Shown: positions 15,300 through 28,790 of the stretch, one piece after another | How the letters are laid out: every line of letters starts with the position of its first letter | How positions within the stretch are numbered: the first letter of the stretch is position 1 | NCBI RefSeq assembly: GCF_021869535.1 | Contig: NW_026262745.1 | Location: forward strand, 19,592,001 to 19,656,000 | Reading direction: 5' to 3' | DNA from: Mytilus californianus | Lineage: Eukaryota | Length of the DNA: 64,000 bases | The notes under the pieces: model-generated | Databases searched by the model: none | The model's input: the letters and a program-made list of their open reading frames with translations, nothing else | Told to the model about the DNA's origin: nothing | Translations under genes and position numbers: made by a program

Positions 15300-18100
15300 C
15301 AAAATGCAATTACAAGTGCACCATTGGGCGGTAATGAGATCTTATTTCGGTTAAACTGATTAATAAGTTGATAACGTTTTATCCTTTCTTTAAAAATCAT
15401 TTTACTATTTAATAGATTTTGTATCAATTCCAAAATCTGTCTGAATTGTTCGATATATAAAACTAACAACATTTAATCCATGAGAATTTTACGATTAAAA
15501 TTTAAATAATTCCATTCTTGCTTAAAAAATGAAATTGTGTAACAAAGAGAAAAAAACCTGCATAATAATGTTTTTGTATTTCCCACAAAAAAACCCTCAG
15601 AGAAAATTAAGTTTACTCAATTTTCTTTCTCAATGATGCACATGAAAGGTCAAAACAGACAAAGGCAATGAAGAAAAAAGACACTTCAAACAGCAGTATC
15701 ATACAAGATGACATCTCTCTTTTATTCATGACTTTTCCTGTCTTTTTATCTTATTTGGAGAACAGCAGCTTGTAAGATATATCAACCAAAGTAGCACCCT
15801 TAATTCAGATAAATAGATCCAGTATTCAACTTTCTCAATACAGATGGGCGTTTCAGACATTCGGACACCCATAGTTTAAGATCCTTTATTATTCTAAACT
15901 TTATTCGAGTGGACACAAGGAGTATGGACCTATAGAATTTTAAATAAAAGTTAAATCAGGCAGAAATGTAAGCACAATTCACTAACATAAAAATCATTGT
16001 ATAAAATACCAAGTAAATCATCCGAAATGTGACGGCAAATTTTTGACAAGGACAAAAATCTGGTAATAATCAGAAACATATCACCAGTCTTAGATGGCAA
16101 TCTAAAGTTAATTCTGAGCTTAAAAGTGGATGGACAATTTTGTCTGAAAAATGTAATTATCAAATGTGAAGGTCTTTCCTTATGATTACAGTAATTTATA
16201 TAAATAAAATATATACATCTATGTTGGATAAAACATTATGAACAATTGAATATCAAATTCAACTGTGGACTGAGTATTGTATTTGACCAGTAATCTGCTG
16301 AGCACAAATAACCCTCTCTTGGACACTCTCCAGTTGCAATGGAGCCCTTTTATCTCTGGAACTTAAAGGATTGAACTAGCTCAAATCTGATTGAAATCAT
16401 TTTGATTGAAATGCAGATCTTTATAATGTCCATGCTTTGCTTACAAGTCTTGTAAACCAATTGTGGATAAAGGATCTGGATTTCAATCAAATCGGATTGA
16501 ATTATGTACATGATGTAGGCAAAAAAATTGAAGGAAGCAAATTCAAAATACATTTCCTCCTTTAACAATGATCATATGACATTATTCAAGGTTACATATT
16601 TTGAAAAATACCATAATTTTATAGCTTTCGCTCAACTGTCATGTCTACATTTTTAAGGAATGTCTCCATGAATGCAGGGATCAACTTTACATTTTGTAAA
16701 AACAGTTTAATGTGATGTACTTGTTTTTGATAAAGAAACTGTAGATTCTTTGTAGATCCAGGGATTGCAAGAAATTTTCTGAAAGCAAATTTACAATGAA
16801 CACTTAAATGATAGATATAAGAAGATGTGGTATGAGTGCAAATGAGACAACTCTCCATCCAAGTCACAATTTGTAAAAGTAAACCAATATAGGTCAAAGT
16901 ACGGCCTTCAACATGGAGCCTTGGCTCACACCGAACAGCAAGCTAAAAAATGACTAGTGTAATGTTCATATTTCAGGATCACAAAATGGTCTGCAATTCC
17001 TTAGAATGACTGAACTAAAATTTTGTAGAATTAAGCACCAATATTGATCCTTATATCAAAAACCTAGTCTTTTTAATTGAAATTTAATAACATCCAATAC
17101 CGATTCAGTTTTGTACAGACTTTTTTAAAACAAATGTTCATAGGTATTTACAAGATGTGCAGTTTAGTTTACCTTTAAAAACAAAAATCTTTACTTTAAA
17201 CTGTTTTTCTTGATCTTTCTTGAATATCAAATCTAAAAAAAGATATAAAACTAAACTCAATTATCAGATTTCATGGAGGCTACATACATTATGTTTTTTT
17301 TAATCAACAAACAAATTAAATTTGACCTCATTTTAGTGTATGACCAATTGGGATGTTGTTGAGGCCATCTGCATTTTCATAGTTTGAGAGCTATTCCTGC
17401 GATCTGAATTAGTCATACACATCTATCCTTTATAAAATCTTTATCACTGGTCTGAGTGAGTGCTGGTAACCATGCAGAAGCTTATCGAATATCACTTCTA
17501 TTTCTTGACAATTAGGGATGTGTGTGGATGGTTTGCAAAAATGACAGTAATAGCAATTTATTTCAATCATTATTCAACAATAAAAATAATAGATTGATTG
17601 TTTTTTGGTTGTTTAACGTCCAGTGGCAAATATTTCATGCATGTTCAGGACGAGAACAAATTAACAATTAATACAACAGGTAGGTCCTGTAATAGAAGCC
17701 ATCTGGGATGAAGGTTGGGGAAATTTGGACTGCCACGGGAAAATGAGGGTATATTGGATAGGGACAGAAATTTAGCCTGGCAACAGGCCACCTACGGACC
17801 CCTCAAAGAGTTGTTGCAAGGGTTCTGAACATGCAAAGAGCGTGGCACTCTCTTTATACGAGGCATCTGATTTAACATCCCGCACAGCCAAACGGAGGCC
17901 CCACTTTGGCGAGGGTTTTACTGCCAGTCGGAGGAAGACCAATGGCGACCATATTTCTATTCCCCAATCACCCTTCAGGAGTACCATATAAATAAAAGGG
18001 TTTACTGGATATACATCAATAAGACAGCAAGGCAAAATCAAAATAAAGTACATACAGACATCTTCAGAATAATATAACTTCTCCATATTTCATGTTTTCT
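15300..18100 (-). CDS. Cluster of possible small exons, frame unresolved
   Basis: Acceptor/donor-bounded open segments near 17232-17195 (LIFKKDQEKQFK), 16778-16721, ~16470-16440, 16143-16085, 15749-15705 and ~15445-15315 (QILELIQNLLNSKMIFKERIKRYQL...). Several are open in 2-3 frames, so no single protein can be asserted. Confidence 0.25.
17590..17975 (-). mobile_element. Retroposon (SINE/LINE-derived) 3' portion
   Basis: Minus strand ends ...CATGAAATATTTGCCACTGGACGTTAAACAACC...CAATCAAT. GC-richer than the flanks. Fragments of the same tail occur near 23625, 46290, 60870 and 61680. Confidence 0.65.
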
Positions 18101-18156
18101 TCAAATGTTCTGTGCTAGATTTTTACATATCCTCACATCATTCACACAAACACTGA

Positions 18157-18615
18157 ATTATTCATGAATTCAATCATACTTTCATTTATCAAATTTTCCT
18201 AAAAAAGTGTGCATACATTCATTTTCATGGAGGTATTTCTTAAATGCATTTTGATGTTTTAATGTAATTTTCTTCATTATGCTGTTCAAACCTTTAAAAA
18301 AATTCAAATCAATATCTATCTGACGTCTATATTAGAAAGGAATTCAATTTCTGTGTAAATGATAGTTCTTGTTGAAAATGTATTATTATTCATGAATTTA
18401 ATCTTACTTTCATTCATCAAATTTTCCTTAAAAAAAAGTGTATATTGTAATTTTTATGAAGGTATTTCTAAAACACATTTTAATGTTTCAACATAAAGTT
18501 CTTCAGTATGCTGTTCAAAGACAAATCAATGAAAACATTCAACTCAACATTAATCCATTGTCTATATCAGAAAAGAATTCAATTTCTGTGTAAATGATAG
18601 TACTTTTGAAAAGGT
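18157..18615. repeat. Two diverged tandem copies of a ~230-bp unit
   Basis: TATTCATGAATT...GAATTCAATTTCTGTGTAAATGATAG recurs at an offset of about 230 bp. Confidence 0.75.
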
Positions 18616-21600
18616 TATGTGGTAATGATGTTCTAATTAAAAGGGAATCTAGTACCCGGTAATTCTAATCCTCATGAATAATACATAACCATGTATGGAA
18701 TCCTCAATGATTTCACGCTTATTACAAAAATATCACTTCATTTTCATGTTCAATAAACTCAAAGATCATCAGCTATAATGGAACTACCAATTTAATTTAC
18801 TAGGCAAATAATATGATTTATACATATAGGGGTGATGTATTGTCATACCAGATGTAAATTCAATGGCAATCAAACAAGATGAATTTTTAATTATGTAAAA
18901 ATTGAATCATGCACGCCCCTAAAATTAAAATAACTTTATCCTCCATTGCATATACAGATGTCTATAGCACATTGAAGGCATAATAAAGGTTCTGAGGATT
19001 GTAAGATTTTCATCAAACTTAGTACAATGGTGCACTATGAAGAGTTGATGACCTTTATTCAATATCAAGAAAAGATGTCAAGGTCACCTGACAGAGCTGT
19101 GTGAGGAATTACTTTGATTGTCTCAATTTCTATTTAGAATAAGATATAATATGGAGATGTCTTATAATTGCCAAAGAGACAACTATCCACTAGAGTCCAA
19201 AAGAAGTAGATGTAAGCAACTATAGGTCACTGTACGGCCTCCAACAATGAGCAAAACCCATATCGTATAGTCAGCTATAGAAGACCCTGATATGACAAAA
19301 TGTGAAACAATTCAAAAGAGAACACCTGAAAGGCCTGATTAATGACAAAATAATAAACTAAAAAAAAACCATGATAGATAGAAACCAACAACATCCACTG
19401 AATTACAAAATCCTTATTTGGGACAGGCACATCCAGAATGTAGCTGGGTTAAACATGTTTATGAGCACTCATCCCTAAACAAATCTCCAAACTTTTAAGT
19501 TCCAAGAAAATCAATAATTCATTCTTTATTACAGAAAATGTGAAAGTCAAGGATGAACAAATGGATGGATGGACAAACAGTACCCAACAGATGGATAAGG
19601 TCATTACAGTATACCACCCCTCTGTGAGTTGGGATGTAAAGAAACACAAAATACATGTACATGATAGAAAAAGACTGACCACATGTCACATATTTCAGAT
19701 GTTAATTTCATTTGAAGACCAAATTTGTAGCCTACAGAACTGACGACACTTTGGAGTCTATCAGGGAATTTTGTTTTCAATTTAAGATAATTATTGTAAT
19801 GGGATAATCATCTCCATTCCACTTAACATTCAGAGCTGTAATCATTTGTGTTTAAATGTAATAGATTTCAGTAATGTTATTTCTTGTGCCTTATTTGGTT
19901 TTGTTGATTTGATTAATGTAAAAACAAATGACATGTGGCTTCACAATTCAATTTCATTCTAAGTTGGTCAAGCAGATTCTTTAGTTGAAAGTCCATGCAC
20001 ATTTTACAGACTTCCGATTCACCCTATTCAAAATTAGCTATCCAAATTTGGTGCAAATATGTCACCACTAAGATTTTAACCACAATTATTTACAACTATT
20101 AACATACAAATAAATGTCAAATATCAAACAATTTGCATTGTCATAATTAAGGTCAGGGACATATGATCATTAAACAATGCATTTAAAATTGAAAAAATTA
20201 TTTTAAAAATATTTTACAGAGGCTAGAAATACATTTATATGCAATCATGAGTTGAATTTTAACATAAGAGTAAATTTTTGCTTAATGTTTATGTTTCTTT
20301 CATGGCTTAAATATTCAGAAATACTGGCTTATCAATTATTAGACTTGAAGGCCATCTTTCCACATTTTCAAAAGATTGTTTTATTGCAGAAAATTGAACA
20401 GAAAGTGACAACAAATTTTAAATATACACCGGTCTTTTTCTGCTGAAGACTTTATCTTTACATCTAGGTGTTTTGTGGCACTGGGTTGCTGTCTCACTGA
20501 GGTAATATTGCCCCACATCTCCTTCTATTCATAATATGGTCAAATCATAAGGAAATGGTTTGGACATTACACAAATTTCAAATCTATTATTTAGAATACA
20601 GCCACTAGTGTACAGGTGGTCAATAAGACAGCAACCTGAAACAAACATTCAAGAAGGCACTTTTTTACCTATAGCATTCATTATAGACAGAAACCCTATT
20701 AGGATTGAGAGCCCTACTATGACAGCTGTACAAAGCGTCTCCTTCTATCACCTTATCCCTAATAGGTTTAATGTGCAGAGTTTTTTTTCTAATTAAGCCT
20801 CGAACTAATAATTTCCATTTCAATTATGTTCACCTATTTTATTGAAAAGTTCAACTTCATACTGTTGAACTGTGGGTTAGCAGCCAAATAAGGAATAAAG
20901 TCCAGCTCTGAATAATACAGGGGTAACTCATTTTCCAGTCCTGTTGATAGTAGACAGCTATGCCAATATTCACCAAAGGACAAACTATGATGTAGTCTTT
21001 AATCTAACAAGATATTTTTTAACTGTATACAAATAAATTATGAACATAAACCTTTCATGTCTGTATAACTTATTAATGGCTATTTAGAACTTACTTGACA
21101 AACAAATAATCTGTACTTGTCATTGTTATAAATTTGTTTTTTGTCAATTTAATGTAAGGTGAATAGCCAGATATATTTTCCTCGCTTTTGTACCAAAATT
21201 TTTTTCATTTTCTTAATTTTTTTCGTACATTCATTTGATGTTTTTATAAATGAAAAAGCAATTATGGTTGAAATTAAAATTTCATAATTGTTCATCAACT
21301 GGTCCGTTTTACTCTAATGTATTTTGTTAATGGTACATCATCATTTACAAATCTATCCTTTTTATATCAAATTATTCTTGAGATAAATAGGTTGAAACAT
21401 TAAAAAAAAAACCTATATGGTTGAGAAAAAAACTTGTGTGATGGACAACATTAAATCTAATGAATGGAAGACCCTGAGCATTTGATTTCACATTTAAATT
21501 CTTACATTACAATTATGATTCATGCAGACAATTAAAACTGGTTTCTTGATATCTTATGTCAGAGTCAATCTTTTATCATCTTTACTCATTTGAACACAGC

Positions 21601-22074
21601 TTGTAAAAAAACTTGCATGTCCAAAAGGATAAAAAAAAGATACAATAATGCTAATTTGACCTTTGAAGATCTAGATCTTGCATCTGATCTTTTCTCTTTC
21701 AGAAAAATATTCAAGTCCCAGGTGGATCAAACCAAAGGATCATTTAACAAGTAAATTTTACATAATTTGCTCAATTTCAATTTTCATGTTAAAAAAAGCA
21801 GTGAAACAATTGAACTGAGTGGTACTTGGAAGATTACAGCTTGTTGAATAACATAAATAATTCAATCAAATATAAGTATTTTATTTTCTTGTGAGCATTT
21901 GTAAGAAGCTATCTTCTAGATACTGGTCAGATCAAAAACATCAATGAATAATTAACACACAAATCATAGAGAATACTTCCTAACCAGGAATAATGATTCA
22001 ATTGCAAAACAAAGCAGACCCAAGCATAAACTTGATCTGTAACTCATCATAGTAGAGACTCAAATATTAAAAAA

Positions 22075-22960
22075 TTCGTAAGGGTTCCGCGGAACCCAGT
22101 GTCTCGCCTACTTTTGCTGTTAATCACAGGCTCAACAAAAATGAGGAAAAAAATTAATAGAAATATTCCTCTCTATACTATCTTTTGATTGTAAGTAGCT
22201 TCTGTCCAAGTTTGGTAAAAATCCAGGATAGTTTATGAATCTAATAAATGTTTTAAAAACTTAAACTGCAGACTGTATGTAATGTTAACTGGAAGAAAAA
22301 CTAAGTCCATTTATAAGTAAAATATGTAAAAAATGGAACAAAATTTTAACAAAATTTCCTTCTAGATACTAGCTTTTAATCATAAACAAGCTTCTGTCCA
22401 AGTTTGGTACAAATCCAGAATAGTTTAAGAAAGTTGTTAAAATTTTAAAAACTTTAACCACAGAGTGAATGTAATGTTAACTGGCAGAAAAACTAAGTCC
22501 ATTTATAAGTAAAATACGGAAAAAATGGAATTTTTTTTTACAAAATTTACTTCTGGATACTATCTTATGATCATAAACAAGCTTCTCTCCAAGTTTGGTA
22601 AAAATCCAGGATAGTTTAAGAAAGTTATTAAAATTTCAAAAACTTTAACCACAGAGTGAATGTAATGTTTCCTGGCAGAAAAACTAAGTCCATTTATAAG
22701 TAAAATACGGAAAATATGGAATTTTTTTTTTACAAAATTTACTTTTGAATATTATCTTATGATCATAAACAAGCTTCTGTCCAAGTTTGGTAGACATCCA
22801 GGATAGTTTAAGAAAGTTATTAAAATTTCAAAAACTTTAACCACAGAGTGAATATTTGTGGACGCCGCCGACGACGACGACGACGACGACACCGACGCCG
22901 ACGGAATGTAGGATCGCTATGTCTCGCTTTTTCGACAAAAGTCGAAGGCTCGACAAAAAT
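22075..22960 (+). mobile_element. Helentron-like non-autonomous element with ~192-bp central repeats
   Basis: 5' palindrome GGGTTCCGCGGAACCC; about 3.5 tandem ~192-bp units (marker TCT(G/C)TCCAAG at 22201, 22393, 22584, 22776); (GAC)n microsatellite; 3' hairpin TTCGAC-AAAA-GTCGAA; A-rich end. Degenerate relatives near 37030-37140 and 38400-38965. Confidence 0.75.
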
Positions 22961-25900
22961 CAACTCAATATGTGAAGGCCTTTAGGAAAGAAGTCTGTAT
23001 AACTGTTAATTTCACAAATTTTCCAAGACCAAAGCCTGTAATTTCGACAAAAATCAACGCAGTGGAACCAAACGTAAACTCATCTGTAATTCATGATAGT
23101 TGACTTGCATTCTAAAAATCATCTTTGTGGCGGGGCCATTAAAAAATCTTATTACAATGTACTATAAACTGCATAATTTAGAAACAATAAATACAATATT
23201 ATACTGACTATTTCACACGAAAAATCAAAATGAGAAGTGTTCATGGGGAAACAATATATTTTTTCCCATTCCCTTCAAAAAGCATAAAAATGGGGCCTTT
23301 TATGGCTAACTATACAGTACAGGTTTTTCTCATTGTTGAAGACTGTATGGTGACCTAAAGTTGCTTACATGAAAGTCTTTTGGACTCTGGTGGATATTTG
23401 TCTCATTGGTAATCATGCCACATCTCCTTATTTTTATAAAGAATATAAGGTCATGTAAACCATGAACATGAATATCTAAAAATTCCAAATTGACTGTTAG
23501 ACTAACAAGAGTGATTAGGTACCAATGTTTTAACTTATTCTGCACTGTATCGTGATATTGATGATGCCAAGAGGGCAATCAAAAGTTTTATATGACGCAA
23601 ATTTCAAAGGCATGTTTTACGTTGATTTATTTATTGATTTGTTGCTAAACATCCAGATGGGCAAATGTTAAGAAATATCATGACGAGTGGGTGTATCTGA
23701 AAAGTATCTACTACACCAATGAAATCATCGAATATTGGTATCCCATGAATAATGATGAATCCACAGTAGTAGAGCAGAAGGAAAGAAAAACATGAAAATT
23801 ACAGTCTAAAATTCTGCTTGAAAGTGAATGAAAACCTAAACAGAAAAATATAGATGTTGAAGTGTCATTGATGCCACAGCGTGTGCAAAATCTGAGTCTA
23901 GCTTTGCAAAATTTGATACAGGCTAGGCATAAAGAACAGATTAGAGTACAATAAAACATTACAGTATATGCTATTCAATGCAATAAAAGGAAAAAAACAT
24001 TGCATGTCAGAGATACAAATTGGATACAGAAAAGGTCATATTATCTCTTAACCTTGAAAAGGGATATAATCCAACTATTTGATCCTTCACAAAATTTGTT
24101 TTACAGTAGTGCCCTAAAATTCTCATTTAACAAAAAAGATTAAGATCTTAAATGCACAGCAAAGACATTAAAATTCAGACAATAATTGCTGTATTGTGTA
24201 ATTTGCACATTTTAACAGTTAAAACCTGATCACAATCTTTGAAGAATTCTCTGATTTCTTGTCATTTTCCATTTCCTTCCTTTAAAAATGGGGATACTAT
24301 TCAATGAAGCAATTATAAACCCCCTTTGATTATTACTATTTGCATTTAAATGAGCACTTGGGACATGGATAAAACTGCATTCTTTGTGCATTTGTTTTTA
24401 GCATTTCCAATTAATTTTAACAGCAACCAATTCAGACTTAAAGACTTTTGATATTTCTTTGTCTATAAAAAAAAGTAAATGTTAAAATATATACAGCTTG
24501 ATTATGCACCCAATATGAATAATTTTTATTAACAGAATCATTTCTCAAAGTACTTGTAGAAAGCATCTAAATCTTTAAGAAATGGTAATCATGTTTGTTG
24601 CATTTAAAAAAAAAAAATTGTGGAGGGGGGAGGGAAGAGGATAATTCAGGGGAAATAACCTAATTTTGAAACAGATTCTAATTGGTATTTAAAGGAAAAG
24701 TTCCATCTCAGTTCATGTGATGATAATTCAGATAATTCACTATAGCCTTCGTCAGATTTTTACAAATTGATTTATATTCTAAAGCATAAAATTTTGATAT
24801 ATTTATCTCTCCTTTCCCATGTGCAGGGGAAAAAAGTGAAATTTTAGTATCAATAAGGAAACAAACGTACAAGACCTTCTAATGAAATAAACAGAATGTA
24901 CAAACACTATGGCAACCAACAGAATATGTTCTTCATTGTTTTCAATATCTATGATATTTTTCCAATCCAGTAATGACAGAGTACACCTAAAGACCTTAAT
25001 TTCACACCAACATCAATTATGTCTCACACCTCTTTTCAGGAAATATAAAATTTTAAAACGATAAAGACATTTTGACGGCCTGACATCATTAGAAAATATT
25101 AACATTTACGGTTAGTGATCATTGTTTCTTGGTGGATAAAAACTTGTTGTTGACACCAAAGATCCAGAGTCATTAAATAGTCATTGAATTCTCCTCAACT
25201 TTTAAATTAATCACAATTTCAAATTTCACCCTTTTGATGCATTTTTTCACCATCAGAATATTAAATTTGAAAGGGTGAAAATATCTATTAAAGGTCACTC
25301 ATTGAGATAAAATTAAAAAAACTGAATAATGATACTTTATCAATGTACATAAAAAAATATCAAAATTACTTAATTAATGTATTGAAACGTACATTTTCTT
25401 TTTTAATAGTTCGCAGAGGGAAATTATCAAGCGTCATTCAAAAATGTCTTTTTTTTATTAACTTAACATTTATTTCATCTGTATGGCCTACAATCCATAA
25501 GAGATCTTGCATTGATCTTTCCATGAAATTTGGACACAAAGTTAATTTTGTTATGTGCTGAAGGAATATGCAAAAACTAAAAACCCTTCATGACCTACTT
25601 TTCCAAATAATTCTATTAGATTTTGACACGTTTGAGGAAAAACACACAATTTCATATTTCAATACTGTTCCAGAAAAAAAATACAAGACAAAAGATATTT
25701 TTATCAAATGTTTGTTAAATTTTTCCTTACAGTTTACAGGCATTTAAATTAGTTCTTTTTCTGTGAAATCATGCAATCATTGGTAAGAGAAACCCATAGA
25801 CAATTTCCTGCCACTACAAATGCTACATAATAAATCTTGAAATTTGTGGTCTTGATTTATAACATACATGTCAAAAAATAAATTTGTGTAGAGAAATGAA

Positions 25901-26107
25901 AAAATTATTAGAAACCTAAAGTTCCAATCCAACTTCGTCAGGTAAAATTAACGTTAGAAGGTTTTGGCTATTCTGTGTATATAAATAATAATAAATTGTG
26001 GTATGATTGCCAATGACGACAACCCTCCACCAGAGACCAATGTCCCTTTGAGTCAGTTAAATCATCAAGTATTTATACATCCCTGGTATTTCAAGTTTCG
26101 GATTTGA

Positions 26108-26149
26108 GCATTCCTGATGAAGGTAAATCCAGATAGGTACTTCCGACGC
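26108..26149 (+). ncRNA. Degenerate type I hammerhead-ribozyme-like motif (Penelope/retrozyme-type terminus)
   Basis: gcattc-CTGATGA-aggtaaatcca-GATA-ggtact-TC-cgacgc. Core elements are in the right order, but GAAA reads GATA and stem I has two mismatches. Confidence 0.4.
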
Positions 26150-26164
26150 ACAGGATTTATAACA

Positions 26165-26272
26165 TGTTGAAGACCCATTTGTGGTCTTCGGCTGTTGTCT
26201 GCTCTTTGGTCGGGTTGTTGTCTCTTTGACATATTCCCCATTTCCATTCTCAATTTTATTTTTATTGTTGAT
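26165..26272 (-). repeat. Interspersed repeat (AATAAAATTGAGAATGGAAATGGGGAA family), partial
   Basis: Near-identical to 54730-54835; both give the same spurious ORF strings (KIENGNGEYVKETTTRPKSRQQPK). Confidence 0.85.
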
Positions 26273-28161
26273 GATAGAAAAAAAACAGTCTTTATTTGCC
26301 TCCAAGCAAACTTATGTGAAGGCATAGTGACCTAAGAGTGTTAACTTCTACATCATTTGGTTTCTGGTGGAGATTTGTCTTATTGGCAATCATACCAAAT
26401 CCTCTTATTTTTATATTAATAGATAACGCCTGCTTTAATAAACAGCACATTTGTTTTCCCTTGCAATTGTGACAATTTTCACACAACCAATTTGATTAAG
26501 TTGTGAATTTTCTACTTATTTTGGATTCCATTCATTAGCAATGTTGTAAAAACAAAAAGTAAATTTGGATGCTTTATTATCTGCTCCTGTTACTGAATAA
26601 AATTCCTTAAAACCATGTTCCTTACATTCTAAAATTCAGATTCCAGCCATGAAGGAGTGTATGTTGTACAGTTTGACATTTTATTGAGAATAATATTTTA
26701 GTTCTTCCTAGAATGAATAATCATTGTAGTTTTTGTCTTGCAGTACTGAACTGAGAGGCAGATTTAGATTAAACCATCTAAAAAATGTTTTAACCAGAGG
26801 TTAACTGAGACAACTTCATTCCAAGACATCTTTCAACATAAAATAAGGGAAATTGCATTTGTATTAAAAAAAAAAAGGAAAAGTTTTAGTACAATGAGCA
26901 AAGGTTTTTAAAAGTACATTACTTGCATCCTGTGAAATTTTATTTTTCATATGATATTCTCAGACTCTGAAATCAATATGACAAAATTGTGGAAAAATTC
27001 AAAAATTTTGAGAAAAATAACAGCACTTCACAATATAGTTAATTTAAAAATAAACCAATCTATATTCAATAAATGTTTCGAGGTTTCAAAGTACTATTTC
27101 AGTATAATCCAGTATATGCAATAAAAACTTAATAAAATGATACAATAAAACTACTTATTATATAAAGTATTTTGCAAAAAAAATAAATATAACAATCTAG
27201 AACAATTTACCACATAACTATTACCTTTGTATGACAGTGATATCTAGTCCCTTTAATACTAAGGCTCAGGTAAAAAATGACGATAAACTTGTCAAAAACC
27301 GAGATGTCAGTTATCAAACTTTAGGTCATGTGACATTTCTGATCTTCCACTCATATCTTAAAATCTAATAACAATAAAATGAAAACACAGATGTTAAATG
27401 TTTTGCAATAAATTGAAAATTACAAATATTACTTTGAACATATAAAAATATCAATATTAACGGTATTTTCACACTCATGTGAAAAGTACTTTTTGTCATC
27501 ATGTCTAGTAAATAGATCTTTTAACAGTTTTTCAATTCCAAATAATGACAAAAAGCCATTCTCACATAATTTAAGGCCTTTTGTCATTATTTAATATTTT
27601 TATTAATTAGGAGTAAATGGGTGCACTTTGTGATCCTTACTCAAATATGACCAGCTAAAATTCACACACAAAGAATTGGTTTCAACATAAATCTATATAG
27701 ATGTATATATTTTTGCAATAAATTAAACTGTTTTTTTTTTTACTTCCAACTATATTCAAGTCATGATACAAACACGAAAGTCCACCAAAATCATACACAA
27801 TTATTAGGAAATCACAGAAGAAAATATCTTTAAATATTTTTATTGACTATACCTGTTGATAAATTTGTCTGGTCTTCAGGTGCTCACTTCAATATATGAA
27901 CAAAATTATTGTCTGCAAAAGAGATTAAGAAGTTGCATGTACCCCCTCTCTTAATTCAAAGTATCAAAACACAAGAAGCAAGGGTCTGACAGACTATCAC
28001 ATATGAAGTCAACATGTGTAGTAGTACCTGAGAAAAGTAATGAACTAACAGTATGACAAACAGACAAACATAGTGAATGCAATATAGCCCTGCTAGTGGG
28101 GGTTTATTATACAAATGCAACTAAATCATAAAGAACAATTACATTGACATTTCTTTATAGT

Positions 28162-28374
28162 GGGTCTCATTGCGGTCTAAGGGTGAAGCGGGATTGGCCA
28201 ATTTTTTGTAAGCGTGACACATGAAAGTCAAATTATTGTGCTTGAAAACTGGAAATAAATTTGGCGGGACATGTGAAATTACAAGCGTTATTATTACAAT
28301 GATAAGAGGGATACTGGAATCTGACAAAACAATAAGCGGGATCTGGGATCAGACCCCCCCCCTAATGAGACCCC
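28162..28374. mobile_element. Mutator-like MITE
   Basis: TIR GGGTCTCATT/AATGAGACCC; 9-bp direct repeat CTTTATAGT at 28153-28161 and 28375-28383. Confidence 0.7.
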
Positions 28375-28569
28375 CTTTATAGTAGTTTTAATTAAATTGT
28401 ATATATCATTAATTCAAATCATCATTTTTTTTTCTGAGATTTGGATCTACAATTTTGTAACTGCAAAACTTATAACCAGTCACTCAAGTAGGAAATGAAG
28501 GCCGTAGGCTAAAATGTTGTTGAGTATAAGACTTATTACGGAGTATGTACTTAGATGTGCAACACGATA

Positions 28570-28790
28570 AGTACCACAAGTGGAGCAGGATCAGCTTACC
28601 CTTCCGGAGCACTTAAGATCACCCATGGTTTTTGGTGAGGTTTCTGTAGCTTTGTCTTTTGTTTTCTTTGTTGTGTTTTGTATACTGTTGTTATTCATTT
28701 GGTTGTTTTTCATTTTTTGCCATGGCGTTGTCGGTTTGTCATTGACTTATGAGTTTGAATTTCATACAAGGAAGGTCCTCTGATAAAACT
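28570..28790. repeat. Interspersed repeat (GTGGAGCAGGATC...GAGCAC family)
   Basis: A related copy lies at about 55040-55240. Confidence 0.75.

Noticed and set aside
20560-20796. 78-aa plus-strand ORF as an exon
   Set aside because: Part of it (GTCAATAAGACAGCAAC) derives from the common interspersed repeat, and no homology is recognised.
24720-24765. Second hammerhead-like motif on the minus strand (CTGACGAAGG); similar cores near 25935 and 45000
   Set aside because: No stem II closure or GAAA, and no stem I complementarity.
26057-26325. Duplicated gene suggested by matching ORFs here and at 54674-54959
   Set aside because: Both overlapping frames come from the same non-coding interspersed repeat.
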